Origin: Actinomycetota bacterium
GTDB lineage: Bacteria; Actinomycetota; Geothermincolia; Geothermincolales; RBG-13-55-18
Length of the DNA: 64,000 nucleotides
Direction of reading: 5' to 3'
Assembly: GCA_016931915.1 (NCBI GenBank)
Contig: JAFGDU010000097.1
Location: 934 to 64,933 of the forward strand
The position numbers and the translations under genes are program-made. Positions 10,509-20,648 of this stretch are shown piece by piece (positions within the stretch are counted from its first letter, which is position 1; the number at the start of each line of letters is the position of its first letter). The notes beneath the pieces were generated by a model. The model was not told the origin of the DNA. It did no database searches and was given only the letters and a program-made list of their open reading frames with translations.

Positions 10509-10973
10509 ATGAAGGTGAAAGGTGTGGCGATCATCACGCGGACGCTGCGGGAAGGGAAGACATTCGACGATTATCGCAAGGCCTGGTATCACACGCATGG
10601 CTTCGGGGTGCCGACGCAGATGCTCACGGTGGTCAATCTATATGATCCGCGCGAGATACTATCCATCGGGATCATGGAGCTGGACGATATAGAGCAGTTG
10701 CCGTCCGTATTGCACATAGACATCGAGGAGAGGCTGGCCAACCCTCTGGACGAGGTCGTCGAGGACACCATCGTGCGGCAGTTCGGGATAGTCGCTTCCG
10801 AGGATGATTTCTCCGCGGCGGGGGAGATCCCCCCCAAGCCGATGACGGTAGCGGGAGAAGAGGTGGAGTATTCCGACATAGAAGGAATATTGGGCGTTGC
10901 GGCCGGCATGTTTACCGAGGCCGCCAGGGAGCGCGACAGGCGCAAACAGGAGAAAACATCAGATAACAATTAA
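10509..10973 (+). CDS. Hypothetical protein (possible dimeric alpha-beta barrel)
   Basis: RBS AGAGGGG; 'RTLREGKTFDDYRKAWYH' N-terminus; coding-like codon usage. Confidence 0.65.
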   Translation: MKVKGVAIITRTLREGKTFDDYRKAWYHTHGFGVPTQMLTVVNLYDPREILSIGIMELDDIEQLPSVLHIDIEERLANPLDEVVEDTIVRQFGIVASEDDFSAAGEIPPKPMTVAGEEVEYSDIEGILGVAAGMFTEAARERDRRKQEKTSDNN

Positions 10974-11244
10974 GAGAATATATCACTGCTTATTCAACCC
11001 TCCGGAACAGCGCTTCGATTCCCTCGACGACGAAATCGTCGAACTGGCTTGACTTATCCTTGAAGCACGAAGGGTGTTTACCTATCAACTCGACATGCGA
11101 TGTATGCAAGCTCTCCTCATACCCCGGTTTTCTTGTCCCCATTTGTCCCCATATATGACTACAGCTTATCAAAGAGGAGATAATAACGATATTACAACGA
11201 TGTTTGGTGGGGCGTGAAAAGAAAAGAGGCGGCAGCGCCCTACC

Positions 11245-11253
11245 TGCTATAAT
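11245..11253 (+). promoter_or_regulatory. Extended -10 promoter, probably leaderless
   Basis: TGcTATAAT ends 7 nt before the ATG at 11261; no SD sequence. Confidence 0.55.
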
Positions 11254-11260
11254 CATCGAT

Positions 11261-11617
11261 ATGGCAAGAGACGACCCCGAAATCGAGAACTTCATCTCCG
11301 ACAGCCTGCTCCTCGACGAGGAGAAAGGCGAGATCATAACCTCGCTCCGGGAATTGGTCCTGGGAGCCTTTCCGCAAAGCGAAGAGAAGATCAAGTATGG
11401 CGGACTGGTCTTTATCGTCGACAACAGATTGTTCTGCGGTGTTTTCCCGAGAAAAGACCATGTGTCCATGGAGTTCGACAACGGCGCACTGATGTCCGAT
11501 CCGCATGGGCTGCTGGAGGGCGGCGGGAAACACAGGAGACACCTCAAGCTGAGCAGGCTTGAGGATATCGAGGATAAGAAGGCGGGATATTACCTTCGTC
11601 AATCTTTCCTCGACTAG
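11261..11617 (+). CDS. DUF1801 (YdhG-like) protein
   Basis: 'LRELV...P..EEKIKYGG', 'HVSMEF..GA...DP.GLLEG.GK.RRHLK'. Confidence 0.85.
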   Translation: MARDDPEIENFISDSLLLDEEKGEIITSLRELVLGAFPQSEEKIKYGGLVFIVDNRLFCGVFPRKDHVSMEFDNGALMSDPHGLLEGGGKHRRHLKLSRLEDIEDKKAGYYLRQSFLD

Positions 11618-11792
11618 CTGGAGATCTTCCTCACCCTCGTAGTCTTTCGCATGGTTGCTGACTGTGGAGTACTCCGTTTTACCGGGGATAATCCTGCCGG
11701 GTACGGCCTGAGACCTGGCGTCGAGTCCCGCGAAGTTGCTGGCCGTCCGGGATGCATATGGGTGATGGAAGGGTACTTTGCGTGGCAGCGGG

Positions 11793-14700
11793 TCACGAAC
11801 ACGGCAGGGAGAAGCGGAAGGCGGAGCCGCCGCCCCCACGCGGCTCATACCAGATGCGGCCGCCATGCGCTTCCACGATCTGCCTGGCCAGGTACAGGCC
11901 CAACCCCAGGCCGGGCGAGGAATGATACTGCGCTTCCTCGACCTGGTGGAAACGCTCGAATACCTTGTCGCGGTGCTCCGCGGGGACGCCGATGCCCCGG
12001 TCTAGCACCGAGACGATCAGCTCCCCCCCCGCCACCTCGGCGTCGAGCGTCACCTCGGAGTCGTCGGGGGAATACTTGGCCGCGTTATCGAGGAGGATGA
12101 CCAGCAGGCTGTGGATCCTATCCATGTCCGCCTCGCACTCCATGGCGCCTGCGGGCAGATCACTGTTGAACATCCTCCCGGGCAGCTTCTGCCTCATCTC
12201 GCGCAGTACGCGTTCGAGCAGCGGCACGAGGTCAACGGGGCGCTTGAGGATCACGAAGCGTTCCCGTTCCGTCAGGGATACCTTGAGCAATCCCTCGACC
12301 ATGTGGCTTATGCGCTCCGCGGACTGCCTGATGGCATCGATGACCTCCTGCCTGGTGAGCTCGTCCATGTCGACGCCGTGCGACTCCAGCGTCTCGGTGA
12401 AGCCGGACAGAAGCGCCACGGGATGCCGCAACTCGTGGGAGGCGACGTCCACGAAATCGCGCAGGCTCTCGTTGAAGGCGTATCGTTCCTCCTCGATGCT
12501 TATCGCCCTGCCGAGCATAGCCAGGGTGTCCATCTCCACCTGCGAGTATTGCCGTTCCTCCCTGTCCAACATGTTGAAACACCCGATTTTATCGCCGTGC
12601 ACCCTCACGGGGTAGAAGAGACAGGAACGAAAGCCGTGCTCGCGTACGTCGGGATCCTTTATAAAGATGTCATGCGCTACTTCGTTGCAGGCTATGGGAC
12701 CCGCCGCATCTCTGGACATGAGGTTGTAACAAAGGCAATCCTCGGTACATTCGAGGTGCCCGAAGCCCTCGTCTACGCCTGAGGACGAAAAGATGTAGAA
12801 ACCACCTTTTTCGATCCTGCCGTACCTGGCCAGATCCGCCTCGAGGATGTCCCTGCCGGCCAGTACGAACCTCTTGATGTTCTCCAGGGGGTCGGTTCCG
12901 AGGCTGAGGAAGCACTCGTTCAGCTTTAACAGCCTCTCCTCGGCCCGCTTGCGGTCGGTGATGTCAAGTATGGTGAAAATGCCCGTGGGCCTGCTATCCC
13001 CCAGGTCGAGGGGGGTGGAACTGATCAGAACGTTCATGACCGTTCCGTCCTTGCGCAGCCAGCGCGACTCCAGCGAAGCCGTCTCTATCCTGCCCTCCTC
13101 GTATAGCTTCCTGCCCACCTCCGCGAAGTCGTCCTCGCTCGCATATAGCATCCCGGTGTTCTTCCCGACGAGCTCGTTTCGGGAGTAACCGAGCATGTCG
13201 CAGATACGTTCGTTCACGTCCAGTATCACCCGTTGAGGCGAGACCACGCCGATGCCCACCGGGGCGACGAGAAAGATGCTCTTCAGCTTCTCCTCGCTCT
13301 CGCGCAGGGCTTGCTCCGCTATTTTACGGTCGGTGATGTCCCTGCTTATGCCCAGGAAACCCACGGGCCTTCCCTCGGCGTTCCTGACCAGGGAGGCGAC
13401 GACCTCGGCGTAGAAGTGGGCCCCGTCCCTGCGCAGCATTACATACTCCCCCCGGGTCGCCCGCTGCTCGGCATAGCTCCGGTCGCTCATGACCTCCCTG
13501 ACTCTTACCCGTTCCTTTGGGGCGAAGAAATCCAGGAGGTGCTTCCCCAACATCTCCTCCTCGTCCTTGTAACCGTAAAGCGCTACGCCCGATCGATTGA
13601 TCATCAGCAGCTTTGCATCCAGACCCGTCATGATAATGCAGTCCGGCGAGGTCTCGACCAGGGAGCGGTAGCGCTCCTCGCTGTCCCGCAATGCCAGCTC
13701 CGCCCTCTTACGCTCGGTGATATCCCTGGTAACGCTGATAAAGCCTATGGGATCTCCCTGCGCGTTTCTGAGCAGCCTGGAGTTGCTCTCGCTGATGAAG
13801 CGGGACCCGTCCGGTCTGATCGAGGTTAACTCGATGGGAGTCTCCAGCAGATCCACCTGTTCCCGCAGGGGCTCTCTCGCCTTTGGTATCTCCTCGGGAA
13901 CCATGAATTCCACGAAGCTCTTTCCCACCATCTGCGAGGGGTCACTGCACCTGAAGAGCCTCAAACCGGAACGGTTGACCATCAGGATCTTTCCCTCCAG
14001 ATCCGCCATGATGATGCAGTCTGGCGAGGTCTCCACCAGGGAGCGGTAGCGCTCCTCGCTTTCCCGCATGGCTGCTTCGGCCTTCTTGCGGTCGGTGATG
14101 TCCCGGGCGTTCACAACGATACCGCGCACCACCGGATCGTCGATCAGGTTGGTGGCTATCGCCTCCTGCCAGTGCCAGGATCCGTCCCTGTGCTGCCAGC
14201 GGTATTCGACTACGTCCGTATGGCCCGGCTGCCGCAATCCCCTGGCGAACGCCTCCATCACTCTGGGCAGATCGTCGGGGTGGAAGAACTGGAAGGCGTC
14301 CTCGCCCAGCCGTTCCTCCTGTTTGAATCCGGAGATCCTTTCCAGAGAAGGGCTCAAATAGCCCATGGTCCCGTCCTCCTTCAGCACGGCGATGATGTCG
14401 TAGGCGTTCTCGATCAGGGCCCGGAAATACCTCTCGCTGCGGTGCAGCTCCTCCCCCAGTTGCATGCGGTCGGTGATGTCGCGGCTGTTCAAGACTATGC
14501 CCTTGACCGCCGCATCTTGCAGCAGGTTGGTCGCTATTGTCTCGTGATAATGATAGGAACCGTCCCTGTGCCTGAAGCGCACTACGATATCCTGCGGCTT
14601 GCCCGGGTTTTCAAGCACCCGATCCAGCAGTTCCCTGGAGGTCGGGATATCGTCGGGATGAACGTAATCCAGGATGCTGTTGCCGTAGATCTCCTCCGGC

Positions 14701-15776
14701 GTATAGCCGGTTATGCGTCCGGCTGAAATACTGCCCCAGCGGATGGTTAGATCTTCGTTGAGGATGTCGATCATGTCCGGCGCGTTCCTGATGAGCGAAC
14801 GGTAATAGCTCTGGCTGCTGCGCAGGTACTCCGCGGCCTCCCCCAATTCCCTGGTGCGCTCCTCGACCAGTTCCTCCAGGTGGTCGCGGTGCCTGGCCAG
14901 CTCCTCCTCGGCCTGTTTGCGCTTGCTTATATCTGACATCACGCCGGTAGTGCCGATAAGTTCGCCGTTCTTGAACAGCGGCCGGCTGGACGTCCTGACG
15001 TGGATCTGCCCACCTTCTTTATCGAGGACGCGGAATTCGAGGGGCTCCTGCTGCCCATCCAGGGTACGCTCGAGGCTGGCGAGCAGCACCGGCACGTCGT
15101 CGGGGTGGACGAGATGAGTAAAGGGCCAGCCGATGACCTCTTCAGCTTTATGGTGAGTTATACTCTCGATCATGGGGCTGATATAGGAGAAGCGGCCTAA
15201 AGGATCGAGGGTAAAGACCACGTCGTTCAGGTTCTCCACCAGGTTGCGGTACTTCTGCTGCGATTCCCGCAGCTCTTCATCGGCTTGCTTCCTCTCGGTG
15301 ATGTCGCGGCAGAAGGTTATATAGTATGTCCGCTCGCCCGACTCGAAGGCGGAGATCGAAACCTCCACGGGGAATTCCCCGCCGTTTTTTCTCAGCGCCT
15401 GGAACTCTCTTACCGTGCCCAGCATGCCCTTCATGCCCGTGGTGCTATGGGCCGCGAATGCCCTGCTGGAATAATCGCGAAAGCGTTCTGGTATCAACGT
15501 TTCGTGCAGGTGTCTGCCGACGACCTCATCCGCGCTCTGCCCGAACAGGTGTTCTCCCGTCTGGTTGATGTAGATGACGGACCCTTGTTCGTCCAGGACC
15601 AGGATGGCGTCGTTGGCGCTGTCCGCCATGGAGCGGAACAGGTCCTCGCCGTGACTCAGCTCCTCGGCGAGCCTCTTGTAGACGCTCTGCGTTGATTCCA
15701 GCTCATTCTTGCGCCGGCGTAATTCCGCCAGTTCTTCCTTGAGCCTGGCCGCATCCTTACCGGTCTTTCCAACCAC
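11793..15776 (-). CDS. Cytoplasmic sensor histidine kinase (about 7 PAS + GAF + HisKA + HATPase)
   Basis: Repeated 'RDITERK/RDITDRK' PAS ends; H-box 'SHELRHP'; 'LLDNAAKYS', 'DRGIG', 'GLGLGL'. Confidence 0.93.
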   Translation of the reverse strand: MVGKTGKDAARLKEELAELRRRKNELESTQSVYKRLAEELSHGEDLFRSMADSANDAILVLDEQGSVIYINQTGEHLFGQSADEVVGRHLHETLIPERFRDYSSRAFAAHSTTGMKGMLGTVREFQALRKNGGEFPVEVSISAFESGERTYYITFCRDITERKQADEELRESQQKYRNLVENLNDVVFTLDPLGRFSYISPMIESITHHKAEEVIGWPFTHLVHPDDVPVLLASLERTLDGQQEPLEFRVLDKEGGQIHVRTSSRPLFKNGELIGTTGVMSDISKRKQAEEELARHRDHLEELVEERTRELGEAAEYLRSSQSYYRSLIRNAPDMIDILNEDLTIRWGSISAGRITGYTPEEIYGNSILDYVHPDDIPTSRELLDRVLENPGKPQDIVVRFRHRDGSYHYHETIATNLLQDAAVKGIVLNSRDITDRMQLGEELHRSERYFRALIENAYDIIAVLKEDGTMGYLSPSLERISGFKQEERLGEDAFQFFHPDDLPRVMEAFARGLRQPGHTDVVEYRWQHRDGSWHWQEAIATNLIDDPVVRGIVVNARDITDRKKAEAAMRESEERYRSLVETSPDCIIMADLEGKILMVNRSGLRLFRCSDPSQMVGKSFVEFMVPEEIPKAREPLREQVDLLETPIELTSIRPDGSRFISESNSRLLRNAQGDPIGFISVTRDITERKRAELALRDSEERYRSLVETSPDCIIMTGLDAKLLMINRSGVALYGYKDEEEMLGKHLLDFFAPKERVRVREVMSDRSYAEQRATRGEYVMLRRDGAHFYAEVVASLVRNAEGRPVGFLGISRDITDRKIAEQALRESEEKLKSIFLVAPVGIGVVSPQRVILDVNERICDMLGYSRNELVGKNTGMLYASEDDFAEVGRKLYEEGRIETASLESRWLRKDGTVMNVLISSTPLDLGDSRPTGIFTILDITDRKRAEERLLKLNECFLSLGTDPLENIKRFVLAGRDILEADLARYGRIEKGGFYIFSSSGVDEGFGHLECTEDCLCYNLMSRDAAGPIACNEVAHDIFIKDPDVREHGFRSCLFYPVRVHGDKIGCFNMLDREERQYSQVEMDTLAMLGRAISIEEERYAFNESLRDFVDVASHELRHPVALLSGFTETLESHGVDMDELTRQEVIDAIRQSAERISHMVEGLLKVSLTERERFVILKRPVDLVPLLERVLREMRQKLPGRMFNSDLPAGAMECEADMDRIHSLLVILLDNAAKYSPDDSEVTLDAEVAGGELIVSVLDRGIGVPAEHRDKVFERFHQVEEAQYHSSPGLGLGLYLARQIVEAHGGRIWYEPRGGGGSAFRFSLPCS

Positions 15777-15996
15777 GCTCTATCCTCCGGTACCCCTATG
15801 CAACGGTATCAGTCGATGGAAGAAGCCGCGTGTCGCTGCATACTGCAAGGGTTGTGGCTCAAGCTGAAGCTTGAACTGCTTAACTGCCTTGTCCAGATAA
15901 AACCAAGTTCCTCCCGTTTATATTATTCCCACTTACTAAAATAACAATCCTTTGCGCTCGCGGGAATATCAACCGTATGCTCGCGGGGATCCGCCC

Positions 15997-16653
15997 TTAG
16001 CGCTCGGAGCTCTCCTCCCTGCGGAGTATGCGATCGAGAACCCTGTTGATGGGGATGAGGGCGAGGTAGAAGTACTGCGAGGCGGGTATGTTGAGGAAGG
16101 CTATCGCGATGGACAAGCCGAATACGAGGGCTATGCTTAGATAGACGAGCAGCAGGTGCTTCTTTATAGCGGGGGTCACAGACTCGACCACCAGGCCATT
16201 GCGGTAGCTCGCATACCACCACAAGAAGCCGAGACAAAGGGCCACGACAAGTACGTTGATGTCGTAGAAGACCGCAGCGAGCACACTGCTGCCGTATTCG
16301 CTCATGAGGTCGGTGGAGAAGGGGAGCAGCACGATAAACATGAGCAGAAAAAGGTTTATCCATAACAGGCCGGGCGTCGCACGCCTGATCATGGCGAACA
16401 TGCCGTGATGGTTTATCCAGAAAGCGCCGATGATGACGAAGCTGATGAAGAAGCCCATGAACTTTGGCCACAGATCGACGAGTTCCTGCCTAAGTTGAGA
16501 GATATCGGACACCTCCGGGACGACGATGGTCAGGATGAGCAGGGTGATGGCCACCGCGAAGACAGCGTCGCTGAAGCCCACCAGGCGTTCCACCCCGAGC
16601 GTTTCCCTGCCACCATCTTCATTTCCCGTGTGCGGTGGTTCTTGCAAGGGCAT
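15997..16653 (-). CDS. TMEM175 family K+ channel (DUF1211)
   Basis: 'ERLVGFSDAVFAVAITLL', 'FWINHH', 'LLPFST'; start at ATG 16653 with a GGAGG RBS. Confidence 0.9.
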   Translation of the reverse strand: MPLQEPPHTGNEDGGRETLGVERLVGFSDAVFAVAITLLILTIVVPEVSDISQLRQELVDLWPKFMGFFISFVIIGAFWINHHGMFAMIRRATPGLLWINLFLLMFIVLLPFSTDLMSEYGSSVLAAVFYDINVLVVALCLGFLWWYASYRNGLVVESVTPAIKKHLLLVYLSIALVFGLSIAIAFLNIPASQYFYLALIPINRVLDRILRREESSER

Positions 16654-16890
16654 CTTGCCTCCGTATCCTGTCTTCGACTGCGCTTGCGGTGCGGCCGTTT
16701 CATAACTTCGCCGCGGGGTGTTTATAACCCTGCAGACGGCCTGCGGAGCCAGGGAATGAGTGACCGGAAACCCTGATGAAAACCGGAAAAACGCTGCTGT
16801 GACGGGGCGTCCGACCGGGTGCGATGGTGCCGCGCAGACCCCCTGTGATAAATTGATATAGTCCTGCGGCGGTGGAAAGCGGGTGTTGCT

Positions 16891-17664
16891 GTGAGAAAAA
16901 TACGTATATGTTCCTGGAACGTCAACGGCATCAGGGCGGCGCATTCCAAGGGATTTCTGGCATGGTTCGAGAAGGGCCGCCCCGATATCCTCTGCCTGCA
17001 GGAGACGAAGGCCAGCGAGGAGCAATTGCCACCCGATTTGAAGGAGATAAAGGGCTACCGGGCATATTTTTGCGCGGCGGAGCGCAAGGGCTATAGTGGT
17101 GTGGCCCTCTACGCGCAACCCGAGCCGCAGAAGGTCAGGAACGGCTTCGGGATACCCCGTTTCGACCTCGAGGGCAGGACCATCATCGCCGATTTCGGCG
17201 GCTTTACCCTCTTCAATATCTATTTCCCCAACGGCAAGCAATCCAAAGAAAGGCTCAGGTATAAGATGGAGTTCTACGATGCCTTCCTGGAATATGCGGA
17301 TGGCTTGAGGAAGAAGGGCAGGGGTATCGTCGCATGCGGCGATTTCAACACCGCCCACAAGGAGATCGATCTAGCCCGCCCCAGGGAGAACGGCAAGGTA
17401 TCCGGGTTTCTGCCGCAGGAGCGTGCGTGGATGGACAAGTTTGTGGAACACGGCTACGTGGACACCCTGCGCATGTTCAACCAGGAGCCCGAGCAATACA
17501 CGTGGTGGGACCTGAAGACCAGGGCACGCGAGAGAAACGTGGGCTGGAGGATAGATTACTTCTTCGTCAGCGAGGACATGCGGGATAGGGTGAAATCCTC
17601 GACCATACTGGCGGAAGTGACGGGCTCGGACCACTGCCCCATATGCATTGAACTGGCGTTTTAA
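16891..17664 (+). CDS. xth: Exodeoxyribonuclease III / AP endonuclease
   Basis: 'SWNVNGIRA', 'LCLQETK', 'GDFNTAH', 'GWRIDYF', 'GSDHCP'. Confidence 0.95.
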   Translation: MRKIRICSWNVNGIRAAHSKGFLAWFEKGRPDILCLQETKASEEQLPPDLKEIKGYRAYFCAAERKGYSGVALYAQPEPQKVRNGFGIPRFDLEGRTIIADFGGFTLFNIYFPNGKQSKERLRYKMEFYDAFLEYADGLRKKGRGIVACGDFNTAHKEIDLARPRENGKVSGFLPQERAWMDKFVEHGYVDTLRMFNQEPEQYTWWDLKTRARERNVGWRIDYFFVSEDMRDRVKSSTILAEVTGSDHCPICIELAF

Positions 17665-17683
17665 AGGAGAATAGGAGGTCGGC

Positions 17684-17977
17684 GTGTTCTCGGATATCGA
17701 CGATATCACCATCAACTACGAGGAAGACGGGGTCCAGGTGGTGGAGGAACTGGACAAGGCGATCCTGACCAGGGGAGCGTGGGTGACCATCATATTCCGC
17801 TACCGCCAGTGGGAACAGTCAAAGGAGGACTACAGCCCCGACCGGTTTACCATACGCCGTTACCGCAAGATAAACAACGAATACAGGCAGCAGGCCAAGT
17901 TCAATATCTCCAGCATCGACCAGGCGAAGAAGATCATCGAGGCCCTGAACGGCTGGATTGAGGCGGCGGATTCCTGA
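17684..17977 (+). CDS. Small conserved-looking hypothetical protein
   Basis: Strong RBS AGGAGGT, GTG start, coding-like codon usage, 20 nt after xth. Confidence 0.8.
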   Translation: MFSDIDDITINYEEDGVQVVEELDKAILTRGAWVTIIFRYRQWEQSKEDYSPDRFTIRRYRKINNEYRQQAKFNISSIDQAKKIIEALNGWIEAADS

Positions 17978-18196
17978 GCATCACTAGCGGCCATTGTCTG
18001 ATGCGCTGGATTCAGGCGGGCTTGCTTTAATCGAGGGAAATAGTATAAATATACAAAGACGGCTTGCTTGTACGAATATCTCTTCCGGCAGGGATATGCC
18101 CGACCATGGGAATAGTCAGGCGTGACAACATTCCGCTTCTGGTGCCCGTGGTAATGTTATGCCCGGGCAGCAGACCGTAGTAATGGGGGGAAGAGC

Positions 18197-19390
18197 ATGA
18201 AGTCTGCATCTACCGACTACGATGTGGTCGTGGCGGGAGGGGGTCCGGCCGGGGCTTCCGCGGCCAAGGCCGCCGTCGAGGGGGGGCTGCGCACCCTTAT
18301 CCTGGAGCGCAAGGAGATGCCCCGCCTCAAGCCTTGTGCCGGCTATATCTTCAAGGAGGCGCGGGAGTTCCTGGGCCGGCATTACCCTCCCCTTCCCGAC
18401 GGCGTGTACGCCGAGCCACCCTACGTGAAAGAGATAAAGCTCTATGCAGGCAGCCGCCTGCACATCGATGTAGAGGAAGACGGCCTGAGCGTGTGGCGGG
18501 ACAAGTTCGACGCCTGGCTGTGCGAGAGCTCGGGAGCAGAGATATGGGATCGTACGGCGCTGGTGGACTTCTCGGAGTGGAGGGACCGCGTGGAGCTCGT
18601 ATGCAGGCGTGCGGGCGCCGAGACCAGGCTCAGCACGGGCACGCTGATAGCCGCGGACGGGGGTCTTTCCAGGGTCGCCTGCAAGATCGACCCTACCTTC
18701 ATAGACGGCGCGCCCTATATCCACAGCCGGCACGAGTATCATCGCGCCGACTGCCGGCTGGAGCCCGGTACTTTCCACGTGTTCATCGACGCTGAATACG
18801 GTGTCTACCCGGCCGTCTATTTCAAGGACGACCTCATGGTAGTGGACACCTCCGTGTCCAGGGGGATGAAGATAGGCCCGACCCGTGATGCCTTTCACGC
18901 CATGCTAAAAAGGGATTTCGGCTTTACCTCGCGGGAGGAGGTCCACAACCTGGGCTGCCGGGTTACCTTCACCGCCGCGCTCAACCGCTTCTGCCTCGGT
19001 ACCGACCGGGTCCTCGTGACGGGGGAGGCGGCGGGTTTCATGAACGCCCTGGGGGAGGGGATATCATCGGCCCTGGCCACCGGCCGGCTGGCCGGACTTG
19101 CCTCGGCGGCGAGCGCAGGCGCACCCCCCGGGCCTTTCTACCGGCGTAGCGTATCTCCCGAGAGGGACAGAACGGCGCGCGAATGGTCGCTGCTTTCCCT
19201 GCTCTCGGGCGGTTCGCGGCCTGAGTTGAACCGGGCCCTGGGCCGGCTTCCGATCATAGACAGGCTGAGGTTCGTCAGGAGGGTCCTGGCGTGGCAGCGG
19301 GGAGGGGGAGTTGCGCCCGGGTTAGACCGGGACTTCATCGAGGTCGCACTGCGTAGAATACTCCGCGGCAGCTACGATTACCGCTCCTGA
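18197..19390 (+). CDS. Geranylgeranyl reductase-like FAD-dependent oxidoreductase
   Basis: 'DVVVAGGGPAG', 'PRLKPCAG', 'IAADG', 'TGEAAGF...GEGISSAL'. Confidence 0.85.
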   Translation: MKSASTDYDVVVAGGGPAGASAAKAAVEGGLRTLILERKEMPRLKPCAGYIFKEAREFLGRHYPPLPDGVYAEPPYVKEIKLYAGSRLHIDVEEDGLSVWRDKFDAWLCESSGAEIWDRTALVDFSEWRDRVELVCRRAGAETRLSTGTLIAADGGLSRVACKIDPTFIDGAPYIHSRHEYHRADCRLEPGTFHVFIDAEYGVYPAVYFKDDLMVVDTSVSRGMKIGPTRDAFHAMLKRDFGFTSREEVHNLGCRVTFTAALNRFCLGTDRVLVTGEAAGFMNALGEGISSALATGRLAGLASAASAGAPPGPFYRRSVSPERDRTAREWSLLSLLSGGSRPELNRALGRLPIIDRLRFVRRVLAWQRGGGVAPGLDRDFIEVALRRILRGSYDYRS

Positions 19391-19586
19391 GCGCCACCGC
19401 AGGTAACCGGCTGGCGGCTGAAACCATTGCCTGCCCGGGGCTCGATTGACGCCTTCCCGACCGTATGTTCCACAACCTATCACCTGGAAGGTTATTAATC
19501 TGCGATAGGGAAAGAATGTAATAGAGAGGTCTTCTCTTATAGCTTTTCTGGTGCCGTGTCCGAGCTGGGGAAAGGAGTGGGGATTC

Positions 19587-20561
19587 ATGGCTGAGAAAAA
19601 TAAAGCGAAGGGACTCGGGCGCAAAAGGTCACGGATACTCTACGAGATCACTGTACTGATAGTATTGCTCATGATCGTCATGGGGGTGCTGTCCTTTCTC
19701 TTCATCAACAGCGCATTCGACCGCCTGATAGACAAGAGCGTGGACAAACTGGTCGAGGAACAGGGAAAGATCATCCATAGTGGCTTGAGCTACGTCGCCG
19801 AGGCCGAGGCTGAAGCTATAATAGGGGATTTCGCGGCGTATACGTCGGAAGAGCTCATCGAGATGACCATGACCTCGATGGAGACGGGAGAGCAGAACGA
19901 ACTGGGGATGAAGGCCATCGAGAGGCTGCAGGACCTGGTTGCCAGGGGCGTGCTGGGGCTGGAGCTCGTCATCGAGGTGACCATGCCCAGCCCGCCGCTT
20001 ATGGACGAAGCCATGATCAACATATCCAACGATGAAGACTTTCTCTTTGCCGAGGTTCCAGCGGAAATCCTTGCGGCCATTGAGGAAGCCGAGGCGGGAG
20101 GGGAGTCCTACGTATACCTGGAGGAGGGTCTGCCGGCCCTTGGCCTCGAGGGCGAATATCTCATTTCGCTTTACAGCATGGCCGCTTTGAGCCCCATGAT
20201 GAGTGGAACCTGGGGCGTCCATTTCGTCTCCATGCAGGAGGCGGTGAAGGATATCAACGACTTCTATGACAGCGAGAAGAACCGCTCGACTGCTATCATC
20301 GCGGGGATAATCGGAGGTTCCGTCATCCTCATCATCCTCATCACGTTCTTCGTGCTCAGCTACCTCATCCGCAAGCAGATCACCGACCCCATCGACGCGC
20401 TTGCCGTTGCTGCCGGTGAGGTCATGGAGGGCAACCTGGATGTCGATGTCGGGGTGCATCAAGGCGGGGACTTCGAGAACCTCGAGCGGGCCTTCAAGGA
20501 GATGGTCGAAAGCTTCAGGAAATATATCGCCAAATCCACCGGTGAAGATCAGGATGACTGA
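19587..20561 (+). CDS. Membrane protein, TM-extracellular-TM-HAMP, no output domain
   Basis: Two TM helices; HAMP 'ITDPIDALA.AA..V..GNLDV...GDFENLERAFKEMV' at the C-terminus; RBS AAAGGAG. Confidence 0.85.
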   Translation: MAEKNKAKGLGRKRSRILYEITVLIVLLMIVMGVLSFLFINSAFDRLIDKSVDKLVEEQGKIIHSGLSYVAEAEAEAIIGDFAAYTSEELIEMTMTSMETGEQNELGMKAIERLQDLVARGVLGLELVIEVTMPSPPLMDEAMINISNDEDFLFAEVPAEILAAIEEAEAGGESYVYLEEGLPALGLEGEYLISLYSMAALSPMMSGTWGVHFVSMQEAVKDINDFYDSEKNRSTAIIAGIIGGSVILIILITFFVLSYLIRKQITDPIDALAVAAGEVMEGNLDVDVGVHQGGDFENLERAFKEMVESFRKYIAKSTGEDQDD

Positions 20562-20648
20562 TAACACTTGACGGCGTGCGGCACGGAAGCGCGGCAGCGC
20601 GCCTGCGTCCGCTCATCCACGAGGCAAGGCAACAGGGTGTATCAGGCC

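Noticed and set aside
10974-11240. AT-richer intergenic patch as a gene remnant or foreign insert
   Set aside because: No recognisable domain, terminal repeats or target duplication
16654-17358. Long N-terminal extension of the TMEM175 ORF
   Set aside because: Overlaps xth on the opposite strand; a good SD and ATG exist at 16653
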